Source of the DNA: an uncultured Desulfosarcina sp.
Lineage (GTDB): Bacteria > Desulfobacterota > Desulfobacteria > Desulfobacterales > Desulfosarcinaceae
Assembly (NCBI GenBank): GCA_963674945.2
Contig: CAXXWQ010000004.1
Coordinates: 2,912,001 to 2,976,000 of the forward strand
Direction of reading: 5' to 3'
DNA: 64,000 nucleotides
Part shown: piece by piece, positions 34,640 through 47,903 of the stretch
Layout: the number at the start of each line of letters is the position of its first letter
Position numbering within the stretch: position 1 is the stretch's first letter
The notes under the pieces: model-generated
Told to the model about the DNA's origin: nothing
Database searches by the model: none
The model's input: only the letters and a program-made list of their open reading frames with translations
Position numbers and translations under genes: made by a program

Positions 34640-36784
34640 ATGAATGATCCAAGAGATGCTTTTCGGGAAGAGGCCTTCGATCTGTTGGCCGAATTGGAAA
34701 CCGCATTGATGGAGTTGGAAGAAAACCCGACCGATACGGAGCTGATCGATCGTGTCTTTCGGGCCATGCACACCATCAAAGGATCGGGAGCCATGTTCGG
34801 GTTCAACGAAATCGCCGATTTCACCCACAATCTGGAAACCGCATTCGACCTGGTGCGCGAAAACAAGATGCCGGTTACCGAAAAACTGGTCTCCCTCTCT
34901 CTCATGGCGCGGGATAAAATCAATGCCATGCTGCATGCGCCCGATGATGCGGCGCCGGCCGATGATGAAGCGTGTCGCACGATCATCCGGGAACTCGATG
35001 CCATGATTGCGCAAAGCGTTCCGGCAGGGGACGGTTCATCGCCTTTTGATGACGGGCAGGACCCAACCGCCTCCATTACACCCGAGCCGCCGGCCCGGTG
35101 CGATCTGGAGGACGACGCCGAAGAAGCAGCTATCTTCCGCATACGATTTCAACCGGGTGCCGATCTGTTCAAAACGGGCACCAATCCGCTGTTGCTGCTC
35201 GATGAGCTGCGCGAATTGGGAACCTGCACGGTCATCGCCGATACCGGTGCGATCCCTTCCTTGGAAGAGGTCGACCCGGAATCCTGTTACACCGGTTGGG
35301 ATATCGTGCTGACCACCGACAGGGGCGAAAATGCCATTCAGGACGTCTTTATCTTCGTGGAAGACGACTGCCGTATCGACATTCAGCCCATCGAATCGGC
35401 CATCGGCAGTGATCTCGATGCCGAGGCCAAGAAGATCGGCCAGATTCTGGTGGAACGGGGCGACGTGCAAACAGATGATCTCGAAACGGTTCTGAAAGAA
35501 CAGCCCCGAATCGGCGAACTGCTTGTCGATCGAAAGGTCGTCAACGGAAGTGCCGTTAAATCGGCCCTTGCCGAACAGGCCCACGTCAGGCAGGTCCACA
35601 AGCAAATCAAGGAGAGCGCCGCCGCATCCACCGTGCGGGTGGCCTCGGACAAGCTGGATATGCTGGTCGACCTGGTGGGAGAACTGGTTACCGTTCAGGC
35701 ACGCCTGAGTCAGAAAGCGGATGCGGGAGAAGATGCGGATCTGTCCAATATCGCAGAAGTGGTGGAGCGGCTGACCACCGAGTTGCGGGATAACACCATG
35801 AGCATTCGGATGATGCCCTTTGGCACCACCTTCTCCCGATTCAAGCGGCTGGTCCGGGATCTGTCCAACGAGTTGGGCAAACAGGTGGTCTTGAACACCG
35901 TCGGCGGAGAGACCGAACTGGACAAGACCGTTATCGAGCAGCTCAACGATCCATTGGTGCACATCCTGCGCAACAGCATCGACCATGGGATCGAACCTCC
36001 CGATGTGCGGGAAGCCAAGGGAAAACCCGTCCATGGTACCATCCATCTGAGTGCGGAACATTCCGGCGGCCACGTGTTGATTCGCATCGCAGACGACGGC
36101 GCCGGCCTCGATGTGGATGCCATTTGGACAAAGGCCATTGAAAAAGGGTTGATGGACAAGACCACGGTGGCGAGCAACCGTGAGATCTTCAATCTCATCT
36201 TTGCGCCGGGATTCTCGACGACCGCCAAGGTAACCAGCGTCTCCGGTCGGGGCGTGGGAATGGACGTGGTCAAACGGGGAATCGACATGCTGCGCGGCAG
36301 TATCGACGTCGACAGCACTCCGGGCAAGGGCACGGTCATCACCCTGAAATTGCCTCTGACGCTGGCCATCATCGACGGATTGCTGGTGGAGACCGATGGT
36401 GACAAGTATGTCCTGCCCCTGGCCGTTGTCGAGGAGTGTGTGGAATTGACCGGTGAAGACCTGCGGCGTACCAATGGCCGGAACATCTTGAATATTCGTG
36501 GTGAAATGGTCCCCTATGTGAGCCTTCGCGAACGATTCAGAATCACAGGAAACCGCCCCCCCCTGGAGCAGATCGTCGTCAATGACGCCAATGGACAACG
36601 TCTCGGTATCGTGGTGGACCGGGTCATCGGCCAGCACCAGATCGTGATCAAAACCATGAGCAAACTATACGGCGATGTGAACGAGGTGTCCGGCGCCACC
36701 ATTTTAGGGGACGGCACCATCGCCCTGATACTGGATATCCCCGGGCTCATCGGCACAGATGCCGAAACCAGGCAGGTCGCGTAA
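34640..36784 (+). CDS. cheA: Chemotaxis histidine kinase CheA
   Basis: Hpt FRAMHTIKG, LRNSIDHGIE, FAPGFST, SGRGVGMDVV, CheW-like domain. Confidence 0.97.
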   Translation: MNDPRDAFREEAFDLLAELETALMELEENPTDTELIDRVFRAMHTIKGSGAMFGFNEIADFTHNLETAFDLVRENKMPVTEKLVSLSLMARDKINAMLHAPDDAAPADDEACRTIIRELDAMIAQSVPAGDGSSPFDDGQDPTASITPEPPARCDLEDDAEEAAIFRIRFQPGADLFKTGTNPLLLLDELRELGTCTVIADTGAIPSLEEVDPESCYTGWDIVLTTDRGENAIQDVFIFVEDDCRIDIQPIESAIGSDLDAEAKKIGQILVERGDVQTDDLETVLKEQPRIGELLVDRKVVNGSAVKSALAEQAHVRQVHKQIKESAAASTVRVASDKLDMLVDLVGELVTVQARLSQKADAGEDADLSNIAEVVERLTTELRDNTMSIRMMPFGTTFSRFKRLVRDLSNELGKQVVLNTVGGETELDKTVIEQLNDPLVHILRNSIDHGIEPPDVREAKGKPVHGTIHLSAEHSGGHVLIRIADDGAGLDVDAIWTKAIEKGLMDKTTVASNREIFNLIFAPGFSTTAKVTSVSGRGVGMDVVKRGIDMLRGSIDVDSTPGKGTVITLKLPLTLAIIDGLLVETDGDKYVLPLAVVEECVELTGEDLRRTNGRNILNIRGEMVPYVSLRERFRITGNRPPLEQIVVNDANGQRLGIVVDRVIGQHQIVIKTMSKLYGDVNEVSGATILGDGTIALILDIPGLIGTDAETRQVA

Positions 36785-36837
36785 GACAACATTCAAACGG
36801 GTTGAAAGTACAGCAAACCGTTTTACGGTACCTTGAA

Positions 36838-37692
36838 ATGGATATTACGACACAGCAAACACTTTCGGAAACCACCTTTGCCACCATCAGCCGGTTTATT
36901 TACGATAAACTGGGCATCAAGATGCCGAAGCAGAAACGAACCATGCTTCAGGGTCGCTTGATGAAGCGGCTTCGCACCCTGAAACTGGATTCTTATGAAA
37001 CATACTGTGACTACCTCTTCAGCGACGAAGGCCGCCGTGAGGAGATGGTTCACATGATGGATGTGGTAACCACCAACAAGACCGATTTTTTCCGTGAGTC
37101 GAGACACTTCGATGTGATGACCGAGCACGTTTTGCCCGAACTGATGCGGCTTCACAATACCGGTGAACGAAGGCCCCTGACCGTCTGGAGCGCCGGCTGT
37201 TCAACGGGTGCCGAACCCTACACCCTGGCGATGGTGTTGAGAGAATTTGCCGCGAAACATCAGGGTTTCGATTTCGCCGTTCTCGGAACCGATATCTCTA
37301 CCCGGGTACTACAAAAGGCGCGTGAGGCCGTCTATACCGAAACCGAGGCCAATCCGATCCCGGCTTCGCTCAAGAAGAAATATCTGCTACGCAGCAAGAA
37401 TCGGGAAAAACAGCTGGTCCGCATCGTCCCGGAACTGAGAAAGAAGGTCGCCTTTCGCAGGCTCAATTTCATGGATGCGGAGTATGGCGTCAAAACACCC
37501 ATGGACATCATTTTTTGCCGAAATGTTCTGATCTATTTCGACATGTCGACCCAGCAGCAGGTACTTGGCCGATTGTGCCGCCATCTTCGCGTCGGCGGCT
37601 ACCTGTTCTGCGGACACTCGGAAACGTTGAACGAGTTTGACCTGCCTCTGGCCCAGATGGCCACAACGGTGCATCGAAGAATCGAATCGTAA
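36838..37692 (+). CDS. cheR: Chemotaxis methyltransferase CheR
   Basis: TTNKTDFFRE, WSAGCSTGAEPYT, IFCRNVLIYF, GHSE. Confidence 0.96.
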   Translation: MDITTQQTLSETTFATISRFIYDKLGIKMPKQKRTMLQGRLMKRLRTLKLDSYETYCDYLFSDEGRREEMVHMMDVVTTNKTDFFRESRHFDVMTEHVLPELMRLHNTGERRPLTVWSAGCSTGAEPYTLAMVLREFAAKHQGFDFAVLGTDISTRVLQKAREAVYTETEANPIPASLKKKYLLRSKNREKQLVRIVPELRKKVAFRRLNFMDAEYGVKTPMDIIFCRNVLIYFDMSTQQQVLGRLCRHLRVGGYLFCGHSETLNEFDLPLAQMATTVHRRIES

Positions 37693-37773
37693 CGATTTTT
37701 GTTTGAAAATACAAAATGGACGCTTGACGAGGCGAAAAGCGCCGGCAGTCCAAAAAAGAAAGAGAGAACCACA

Positions 37774-40059
37774 ATGAAATGGCAAATGAAAGACATCAGC
37801 ATTACATGGCAATTGATGACCATCTGTACGCTTCTGGTCGCCATACCGGTATCGTTTTTCGGCTTTCTCAGCTACAGGACGATTCGAACGGAAACCTTCG
37901 GCCAGATCGAGCAGAGACTCCAACAGCAGGCGCTCCAGGTGAATCTGCTGGTCGAGAGCGCATACGAGGAGATCGAGACCAATCGAAAAGACTCGGATAT
38001 CCTGGCGCGTAAAATCGTAGGTTCCCAGGCCGATGCCGTAAAACGACTGATGACCGACTGGCGTGGGTCGGAAGAACAGTTAAAAAATCTCATCGCTTCC
38101 ATCAATGTCGGCAAGACAGGCTATATCTGGGTGTTGGACTACGACGGCAACTACATCGTCAGCCAGGGACGACAATCCGATGGAAAAAACGTCTGGGATG
38201 TCCGGGATGCCAACGGCAATCTGTTTATTCGGGAAGCCGTCGCAAAGGCCCGTCAATTGTCCGGGGACCAGGTGGCCTATTATCAGTATCCCTGGAAAAA
38301 CCAGGGTGAGGATCGCTCGCGAGACAAGATCGCCGCCCTGCTGCATGACGTGGATCGACAATGGGTCGTCGGTATCGGTGTCTATTATGACGAGTTGATC
38401 GACATGACCTTTGCAGCCAACAAAATCAACGCCCTTAAAGATCAATTGGCCAGTGTCGTCGTCGGCAAGACAGGCTATCTCTTTATCCTCGATGAAAAGG
38501 GCAACTATATCCTGTCCTACAAACGCGGTCGAGACGGCGAGAACATCTGGAACGCAAAGGATGCCGATGGAAAACTGTTTATTCAGGAAATCGTCAAAAA
38601 GGGATCGGCGTTGGGCAGTCATGAAACATCGACCACCTACTATCCGTGGAAAAACGAGGGGGATGACGAAGCCCGTCTGAAATTGGCCAGCTACACCTTT
38701 ATGCCGCAGTGGAAATGGGTGGTGGCGGCCTCTGCCTATCAGGACGACTTCCTGGATGGCCTCAAGGAGATTTTTTCACTGACCATCATCATCTGTGTCG
38801 TCTCCATCCTGGTGGGGTCCACGGTGGCCTACCTGTTTACCCGGTTCATGACCCAGAAATTCAAGATCCTCGTGGACGGGATGAATCGAATCGCTTTGGG
38901 CGATTTGTCCATCCAGACCGAAGAAAGTCCCGGGAAAAATGAAATCGGCCAAATGGTCGGCTCCATGGGAAAAATGGTCGCCAATCTAAACGATACCGTG
39001 GAAATGGCCAAGCGACTGGCCGAGGGGGATCTGCGGGTAAGGGTAAATATTCTCTCGGACAAGGATTCACTGGGGCAGTCGTTGGCGGCGATGGTCGAAA
39101 AGCTGCAGGCCGTCGTTTCGGATGTACGGACCGCCGCCGACCAGGTAGCGGCGGGAAGCCAGCAGCTCAGCTCCAGCAGCGAGCAGATGTCTCAAGGTGC
39201 GACCGAGCAGGCGAGTTCGGCCGAAGAGGCTTCGTCCTCCATGGAGCAAATGGCTGCCAACATCAAGCAGAATGCGGACAATTCCCTCCAGACCAAGAAT
39301 ATTGCGCTCAAATCGGCGGAAGACGCCAGTCAGGGTGGCCAGGCGGTGGTACAGACGGTACAGGCGATGAAGGAGATCGCCGGCAAAATCAACATCATCG
39401 AAGAGATTGCCCGCCAGACCGACCTCTTGGCACTGAACGCGGCCATCGAGGCGGCCCGGGCCGGAGAGCATGGAAAGGGGTTTGCCGTGGTGGCCTCCGA
39501 GGTTCGCAAACTGGCCGAACGCAGTCAGGAAGCGGCCGGTGAAATCAGCCGTCTGTCCAGCAGCAGTGTCGATGTTGCCGAAAAGGCCGGCGACATGCTG
39601 AACCGCATCGTTCCCGACATTCAAAAGACGGCCGAATTGGTTCAGGAGATCAGTGCCGCCTCCAACGAGCAGAACACCGGGGCCGAGCAGGTAAACACGG
39701 CAATCCAGCAGCTGGATCAGGTGATTCAACAAAACGCATCGGTTTCGGAGGAGATGGCGGCCAGCGCCGAAGAGCTTGCCGGGCAGGCCGATTATCTTCA
39801 GAATATCGTTGCCTTCTTTAAATTGGAACGCAATCGCTTCCAATCCAATTCGGCGCCGGCCGCAGAGACCAACAGAAAGAAACCGGCCAAGGCCACGACC
39901 GAAAAGAGTCGTACCTCATTCAAGAAAGCCACGATTCCTATAAAGAAAGCCAAAACCGGCTTTGACGAGGGGCACAAAGGGTCTGACGGCTTTGAGCTGG
40001 ACATGTCCGACATGGGGTCTGTAGACGATCATCTGGATACCGAATTCGAACGGTATTAA
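37774..40059 (+). CDS. Methyl-accepting chemotaxis protein with tandem Cache domains and a C-terminal pentapeptide
   Basis: Two Cache repeats (VGKTGY..DANG/DADG..YPWKN), [30 protein letters not shown], ends EFERY. Confidence 0.96.
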   Translation: MKWQMKDISITWQLMTICTLLVAIPVSFFGFLSYRTIRTETFGQIEQRLQQQALQVNLLVESAYEEIETNRKDSDILARKIVGSQADAVKRLMTDWRGSEEQLKNLIASINVGKTGYIWVLDYDGNYIVSQGRQSDGKNVWDVRDANGNLFIREAVAKARQLSGDQVAYYQYPWKNQGEDRSRDKIAALLHDVDRQWVVGIGVYYDELIDMTFAANKINALKDQLASVVVGKTGYLFILDEKGNYILSYKRGRDGENIWNAKDADGKLFIQEIVKKGSALGSHETSTTYYPWKNEGDDEARLKLASYTFMPQWKWVVAASAYQDDFLDGLKEIFSLTIIICVVSILVGSTVAYLFTRFMTQKFKILVDGMNRIALGDLSIQTEESPGKNEIGQMVGSMGKMVANLNDTVEMAKRLAEGDLRVRVNILSDKDSLGQSLAAMVEKLQAVVSDVRTAADQVAAGSQQLSSSSEQMSQGATEQASSAEEASSSMEQMAANIKQNADNSLQTKNIALKSAEDASQGGQAVVQTVQAMKEIAGKINIIEEIARQTDLLALNAAIEAARAGEHGKGFAVVASEVRKLAERSQEAAGEISRLSSSSVDVAEKAGDMLNRIVPDIQKTAELVQEISAASNEQNTGAEQVNTAIQQLDQVIQQNASVSEEMAASAEELAGQADYLQNIVAFFKLERNRFQSNSAPAAETNRKKPAKATTEKSRTSFKKATIPIKKAKTGFDEGHKGSDGFELDMSDMGSVDDHLDTEFERY

Positions 40060-40067
40060 TCAATGAT

Positions 40068-40113
40068 GCCGGTCGACCCAAAACCCGTTGCAATGGGTTT
40101 TTGGTCGGCCGGT
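40068..40113. terminator. Near-perfect 46-bp palindrome after the MCP gene (terminator or mRNA-stabilising hairpin)
   Basis: GCCGGTCGACCCAAAACCCGTTG / CAATGGGTTTTTGGTCGGCCGGT. Confidence 0.55.
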
Positions 40114-40141
40114 GAACCTCTTCGGTGTCTGTCCTAAAATC

Positions 40142-40184
40142 GATGGTCTCGTAAAAAGTCGCTGTTCGGACGGATTCGTAAAAA
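40142..40184. repeat. Two direct copies of a GAYGGNYTCGTAAAAA motif (dispersed REP/MITE-like remnant)
   Basis: GATGGTCTCGTAAAAAGTC at 40142 and GACGGATTCGTAAAAA at 40169. Confidence 0.45.
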
Positions 40185-40217
40185 TTATGATGACACCACC
40201 AATGGGAGATGAACCAT

Positions 40218-40730
40218 ATGAGCGAACCCACAGTAAAATCAAACGCCCAGTACCTGACCTTCAAGCTGGGTGATGAACTATTTGCCATCGATGTTGTTCA
40301 AGTCCGAGAAGTGTTGGACGTGACCACCATCACCAAGGTGCCACGATCGGCCGACTTCATGCGCGGGGTGATCAACGTGCGGGGCAATGTCGTTCCCGTG
40401 GCGGATCTGCGTATGAAGTTCGGCATGGACCCGACCGAAACCACGGTCAATACGCGCATCGTGGTCATGGAGATCGTCATCGCCGGAGACACCATCGTCC
40501 TGGGCGCTCTTGCCGATTCCGTTCACGACGTCATGGACATGCTCCGGGACCAGATCGAACCGGCACCCACCATCGGGGCCAAATGGGACACCCGCTTCAT
40601 CAAGGGAATCGGCAAGCATGGCGATCAATTCATTATCATTTTGGATGTGGACAAAGTGTTTTCCACCGATGAGGCAAAATTGTTGACAGAACCCTCCGCC
40701 ATGGCAGCGGATGAGATGGTCAGCGCTTAA
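40218..40730 (+). CDS. cheW: Chemotaxis coupling protein CheW
   Basis: QYLTFKL, VREVL, GVINVRGNVVPVADLR. Confidence 0.95.
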   Translation: MSEPTVKSNAQYLTFKLGDELFAIDVVQVREVLDVTTITKVPRSADFMRGVINVRGNVVPVADLRMKFGMDPTETTVNTRIVVMEIVIAGDTIVLGALADSVHDVMDMLRDQIEPAPTIGAKWDTRFIKGIGKHGDQFIIILDVDKVFSTDEAKLLTEPSAMAADEMVSA

Positions 40731-40744
40731 ATGACACACGTTGC

Positions 40745-42332
<1,588 letters not shown>

Positions 42333-42365
42333 GCGAATGATTACCTTTTGATAATCTTCCCCGCC

Positions 42366-42394
42366 TTGACAACCCCGGGCGCCTCATTTATTTT
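42366..42394 (+). promoter_or_regulatory. Candidate sigma70 promoter of the moxR-bat operon
   Basis: TTGACA-N17-TATTTT. Confidence 0.5.
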
Positions 42395-42482
42395 TCTCTG
42401 TGTCTTCATACCGACACTTCATGCCGGTCGTTTTCATTGACGATGGTATCTGTTTTCGATTCCTTAAAAAGGAGACGAACCC

Positions 42483-43463
<981 letters not shown>

Positions 43464-43528
43464 AACAGGGATTTAGGCTGGAGGCTGAAGTAACATAATG
43501 TAAAGGCAACCCTCGTTTGTTTACCAAT

Positions 43529-44419
43529 ATGCTTTCCCCCGAAATCGTAAAAAAAATCAAAAAAGTCCACATCAAGACCGGCCGCATGGTCAACACCCTC
43601 ATGGCCGGGCAATACCGCTCGGTCTTTCGCGGGGCAGGCATCGAGTTTGAAGAGGTGCGCGAATACAGTGCCGGGGACGACGTCAAGAGCATCGACTGGA
43701 AGGTTTCGGCCCGCATGGGCAAACCCTTCATCAAGCGCTACCGGGAAGAGCGGGAACAGGTCGTCATGTTACTTGTGGACATGAGCGGTTCGGGCCGCTT
43801 CGGCACCACCGGCAGCATCAAGCGGGAGACGGCCGCCGAAATCGCCGCCATCCTGGCCTTCAATGCCATTCGCAACAACGACAAGGCCGGCGCCATCCTG
43901 TTCACCAACCAGGTGGAGCGGTACATTCCCCCCAAGAAGGGATCGGCCCACGTGTGGCGGCTGATTCGTGAAATCTTCACCTTCCAGCCCACCAACCCCG
44001 GCACCGATATCGTCGAAGCCGTGGATTTTCTGGCGCGGGTGTGTCGCAAGCGAACGGTGGCCTTCCTCGTCTCCGATTTTCTCACCGAGGATTTCGGCCG
44101 AACCAGTGCCCTGAGAATGAAATCGGCCGCAAGAAGACACGAGCTCATCAGCGTTCTCATTTCCGATCCCGGGGAGTTTCGGCTGCCGGGAGCCGGCATC
44201 GTTGCCTTTCGCGACCTGGAGACCGGCGTGATGCAATATATGGACGCCTCGGACCGCGCTACGCGGACACGGTATGAGGCCAGTCGAAAAGATGTCCACC
44301 GGCAGATCCTCGAAACCCACAAGGCCATGGACATGGATTGCATCGAGATGAGCACGGACGGTGATGCGGCCGATGCCCTGATCCGATACTTTCGATACCG
44401 GGAGCGAAGGAAGCGATGA
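43529..44419 (+). CDS. DUF58 domain protein
   Basis: GIEFEEVREYSAGDDVKSIDWKVSAR, DMSGS. Confidence 0.93.
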   Translation: MLSPEIVKKIKKVHIKTGRMVNTLMAGQYRSVFRGAGIEFEEVREYSAGDDVKSIDWKVSARMGKPFIKRYREEREQVVMLLVDMSGSGRFGTTGSIKRETAAEIAAILAFNAIRNNDKAGAILFTNQVERYIPPKKGSAHVWRLIREIFTFQPTNPGTDIVEAVDFLARVCRKRTVAFLVSDFLTEDFGRTSALRMKSAARRHELISVLISDPGEFRLPGAGIVAFRDLETGVMQYMDASDRATRTRYEASRKDVHRQILETHKAMDMDCIEMSTDGDAADALIRYFRYRERRKR

Positions 44420-45057
44420 AACGGTGGATCGAACTGGTTTTTGCCGTCCTCCTTCTTCTCCTCCCATGGGCAACGGCCGGGGCGGATAATGATCCCGGCG
44501 CCGTTATACAGCCAAAGGCGTCTGTCCAGCCGTCGGCACCGGATACACCGGCGCCCATGACCGACATCCATGATATCCTGCCGCCGGTCCGGGTGGGGGC
44601 GGATCTTTCATGGCTTGTGCCGGCACTTCTGGCAGTGGGGGCGATAATCATCGTCGCGGTGCTCTGGTGGTGGTGGAAAAGACGCAGAAAAGGCCAGACG
44701 CCCGAGACCATCGTTCCGGAACTTCCCCCGGAGATGCTCGCCATGCGGTCCTTGAACGAGATCAACGACGTGCGCATCATGGACGGCAAGACCTTTTACT
44801 TTCGACTTTCGGCCATCGTGCGGCAATACGTCTTCGGTCGATTCGCCATCGGCGCGCCGGAGATGACTACGGAGGAGTTTTTGCCCTGCATCGACAAGCT
44901 GCCCATCGACGGGGCTCTGGCAAGGCGCTTGAAGTGGTTGAGTCTGGCAATGGACCCGGTCAAGTTCGGCGGGCAAACCGCGGTGGAACGACAAATGGAG
45001 GCGGACCTTTCCTTTGCGCGGGATTTCGTGAGAAACACCACGCCGTCTGACGAGTGA
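44416..45057 (+). CDS. DUF4381-like membrane protein of the Bat operon
   Basis: DIHDILPP followed by a TM segment, EMTTEEF; operon position. Confidence 0.7.
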   Translation: MKRWIELVFAVLLLLLPWATAGADNDPGAVIQPKASVQPSAPDTPAPMTDIHDILPPVRVGADLSWLVPALLAVGAIIIVAVLWWWWKRRRKGQTPETIVPELPPEMLAMRSLNEINDVRIMDGKTFYFRLSAIVRQYVFGRFAIGAPEMTTEEFLPCIDKLPIDGALARRLKWLSLAMDPVKFGGQTAVERQMEADLSFARDFVRNTTPSDE

Positions 45058-45063
45058 CGCAAC

Positions 45064-46062
45064 ATGTTTCGATTCGAGTCTCCCTATTTTTTGTTTTTCC
45101 TTTTGCTGGTGCCCGTCATCCTCTGGTACCGGAATCGACGGCATAAGGTGCCCGCCATGGCCACCAGTGCCCTGTTTCCCGTGAAAGCCGTTTTTGCGTC
45201 ACCGTGCCTTCGGCTGCATCGGCTGGTGCCGGCCATCAAGTATCTGGTGCTTTGCCTGCTGGTCGTGGCCGTGGCCCGTCCCCAATGGGGAACCGAAAGA
45301 AGAAACGTGAAGACCGAAGGGATCAACATCGTTCTGGCCATCGACCTTTCCGAAAGCATGGCCGCACTGGATTTCAAGAAAGAAGGTCGTGTGGTCAACC
45401 GGCTGGAAGCGGTAAAAGGCGTGGTCCAGGAGTTCGTGTCCGGTCGAAACGGGGATCGCATCGGCATGGTGGTATTCGGCACCCACGCCTACACACAGCT
45501 TCCCCTGACCCGGGACTACAACACCGTGGTCAGCATGCTGGACCGCCTTGCCATCGGCGCCGCCGGAAAATCCACGGCCATCGGGGATGCCATCGGCATC
45601 TCTTTGAAACGGCTGGCCGACATCGAAAGCAAATCCAATATCATCATCCTGCTCACCGACGGCCAGAGCAATGCCGGAGAGCTCTCGCCGGAAATCGCAG
45701 GAGACATCGCCGTGGAGAAAGGGGTCAAGGTTTATACCATCGGCGTGGGAACCCGGGGAAAGGCCCCCTTTTTGATCAACGACCCGCTTTTCGGCCAGCG
45801 GTATGTCTACCAGCAGGTAAACATCGACGAAGAGACCCTTCGAAACGTTGCCGACCGGACCGGGGGGCTCTACTTTCGGGCAGAGGACCTGGCGGAACTG
45901 GAACAGGTTTACAAGGCCATCGACGCCATGGAGACCACCGAAGTCCAGGTGGAGATCTTCGCCGACTACAACGAGATCTATCCCTGGCTGCTGATTCCGT
46001 CCCTGGTGCTTTTGTCCGTTTACCTTCTTTTGCGCAACACGAGGTATCTTGTCGTGCCATGA
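45064..46062 (+). CDS. BatA-like vWA protein
   Basis: ARPQWG, MIDAS DLSESM, STAIGDAI, LLTDG. Confidence 0.9.
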   Translation: MFRFESPYFLFFLLLVPVILWYRNRRHKVPAMATSALFPVKAVFASPCLRLHRLVPAIKYLVLCLLVVAVARPQWGTERRNVKTEGINIVLAIDLSESMAALDFKKEGRVVNRLEAVKGVVQEFVSGRNGDRIGMVVFGTHAYTQLPLTRDYNTVVSMLDRLAIGAAGKSTAIGDAIGISLKRLADIESKSNIIILLTDGQSNAGELSPEIAGDIAVEKGVKVYTIGVGTRGKAPFLINDPLFGQRYVYQQVNIDEETLRNVADRTGGLYFRAEDLAELEQVYKAIDAMETTEVQVEIFADYNEIYPWLLIPSLVLLSVYLLLRNTRYLVVP

Positions 46063-47882
46063 ACTTTTTTCGAACCGAAATGCTTTTTTTCATCTGGGCC
46101 ATCCCGGTGCTGTTTCTGGTGATCCTCTACGGCATGCGACGGCGAAAGGCGATCATGGAGCGGTTCGCATCCGCCCACGGGCTGTCGGTCATCGCACCGG
46201 ATCAGGTGGGGCCCCGTCGGTGGATCAAGGCGAGTCTGGTCCTGGGTGCCGTTCTGTTTGGCGCCGTGGCCCTGGCGGGCCCCAAGTACGGGTACCGTTG
46301 GCAGGAGATTCACCAGCGGGGCGTGGATATCGTCATCGCACTGGACTGTTCCCGCTCCATGACCGCAGCCGACATCCAGCCCACACGGCTGGAGCGGGCG
46401 AAACGGGAGGTCTTCGATCTGCTCACCATGCTGAAAGGGGACAGGGTGGCGCTGGTGGCCTTCGCCGGAACGGCTTTTCTCCAGTGTCCGCTGACTTTGG
46501 ATTACGAGTCGTTCAACCTTTTTCTCGACACCTTGTCGCCCGACTACCTGCCCGTGGGCGGAACCAATATCACCGCCGCCCTGACCACGGCAATGGAGAG
46601 TTTCGATCCCGAGAGCGCCACGGAAAAAGCCGTTATTCTCATCACGGACGGGGAGAATACGGGCCAGGGAGACCCGGTAAAGGCCGCCCAGGATCTCAAG
46701 GAGAAAGAGATCAAGCTGTTTTGTATCGGCGTGGGCAAGGAGGAGGGCGTTCCCATCACCGAACCGGATGGCGGATTCAAGAAGGACAGAAAGGGACAGA
46801 TCATCCTCTCCCGCCTGGACGAACACACCCTCAAACAGTTGGCGGTGGTCACCGGCGGAACCTATGTGCGCAGCGTGGCCGGCGACATGGATCTGGACGC
46901 CATCTACACCGACGAAATCCGGGGAAAGATGGAAGCCTCGGAGCTGGCTTCGGGTCGCAAACAGATATGGGAGGACCGCTTTCAGTGGCCCCTGGCCCTT
47001 TCCATCCTCTGTCTGGTGGCCGAATTGATGCTGCCCGTGACCCGGAAAACGGCTGTCGTCCTGGCCGCGGTGATTATTCTCTCGTTTCCGGCCGGTCAAA
47101 CGGCCCGTGCCGACGAGACCCGTGACGGTATCGATGCCTATGAAAAGGGCGAATTCGATACGGCTCTGAAGCATTTCGTGGACGCCCAACTCGAGGCGCC
47201 GGACCGGGCCGAAAGACTTTACAACGTGGCCGATGCCTACTATAAAACGGGCAATTTCGATGCGGCGGCCGATCACTACCAGCAGGTGCTGGAAACGGAC
47301 GACGAAGCGCTCAAGAAAAAGGCCCTGTTCAATCTGGGCAACACCGAATTTCGCCGGGGGAACGGAGAGAAAGCCATGGAACATTACGAATCGGTCCTCT
47401 CCATGGATCCCGATGATCGACTGGCAAAGGAGAACCTGGAATTCGTAAAACAGGCGCTGACCCAACAGAAGCAGCAACAGCAATCCCAAGAGGGCCAAAA
47501 GGATAAGGATCAAAAGGATTCGGACCAGGACCGGAAGGACAAGGGCCAGGGCGACGAATCGAAGCAGGAACAACAACCGGAACAGCAGAAGTCCCAGGAC
47601 GGCCAGGAGCAGCAATCTTCCGACGAAGGAAATCAGGAAGAGCAGCAATCCCCCGAATTCGGAGATGAAATGGACGACGAGCAGGCCCAGGCAGGCCAGC
47701 AGCCGCAACCGTCCCAGGAAGATGCGGGGGATGAATCCAAACGCCCGGAACAATCGGCCCAGGCCGGAGATCTCCAGAAAGATCCCGGACAGGCCGAGCG
47801 AATGCTCAACCGCCTGAAGGATGAGCCGGGAAGGGCGATGATGCCGAATACAGGAAAACAAAGGGTGGACAAGGATTGGTGA
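46059..47882 (+). CDS. BatB-BatC fusion (vWA, TPR and Gln-rich tail)
   Basis: Likely ATG at 46059 overlapping the batA stop; DCSRSM, ITDGE, TPR (YNVADAYYK, FNLGNTEF), Q/E/D-rich tail ending KDW. Confidence 0.88.
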   Translation: MNFFRTEMLFFIWAIPVLFLVILYGMRRRKAIMERFASAHGLSVIAPDQVGPRRWIKASLVLGAVLFGAVALAGPKYGYRWQEIHQRGVDIVIALDCSRSMTAADIQPTRLERAKREVFDLLTMLKGDRVALVAFAGTAFLQCPLTLDYESFNLFLDTLSPDYLPVGGTNITAALTTAMESFDPESATEKAVILITDGENTGQGDPVKAAQDLKEKEIKLFCIGVGKEEGVPITEPDGGFKKDRKGQIILSRLDEHTLKQLAVVTGGTYVRSVAGDMDLDAIYTDEIRGKMEASELASGRKQIWEDRFQWPLALSILCLVAELMLPVTRKTAVVLAAVIILSFPAGQTARADETRDGIDAYEKGEFDTALKHFVDAQLEAPDRAERLYNVADAYYKTGNFDAAADHYQQVLETDDEALKKKALFNLGNTEFRRGNGEKAMEHYESVLSMDPDDRLAKENLEFVKQALTQQKQQQQSQEGQKDKDQKDSDQDRKDKGQGDESKQEQQPEQQKSQDGQEQQSSDEGNQEEQQSPEFGDEMDDEQAQAGQQPQPSQEDAGDESKRPEQSAQAGDLQKDPGQAERMLNRLKDEPGRAMMPNTGKQRVDKDW

Positions 47883-47903
47883 TATTAAAGGGCTGTTTTA
47901 TCT

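Noticed and set aside
35036..36637. 533-aa antisense ORF
   Set aside because: Shadow of cheA caused by GC-rich codon bias; no recognisable motifs.
43472..43490. TAGGCTG GAGGCTG AAG short heptamer-like repeat between moxR and DUF58
   Set aside because: Only two units and no inverted partner; too little evidence.
45204..46058. N-terminal 285 aa of the 892-aa ORF in the track
   Set aside because: It is an alternative-frame overlap with batA; the real BatB-like protein starts at ATG 46059.
47460..47780. Repetitive CAG/CAA/GAA-rich tract
   Set aside because: Low-complexity Gln/Glu coding tail typical of BatC; not a CRISPR array or tandem repeat element.
46020..47861. 613-aa antisense ORF
   Set aside because: Shadow of batBC; its Leu-rich part mirrors the Gln/Glu-rich tail.
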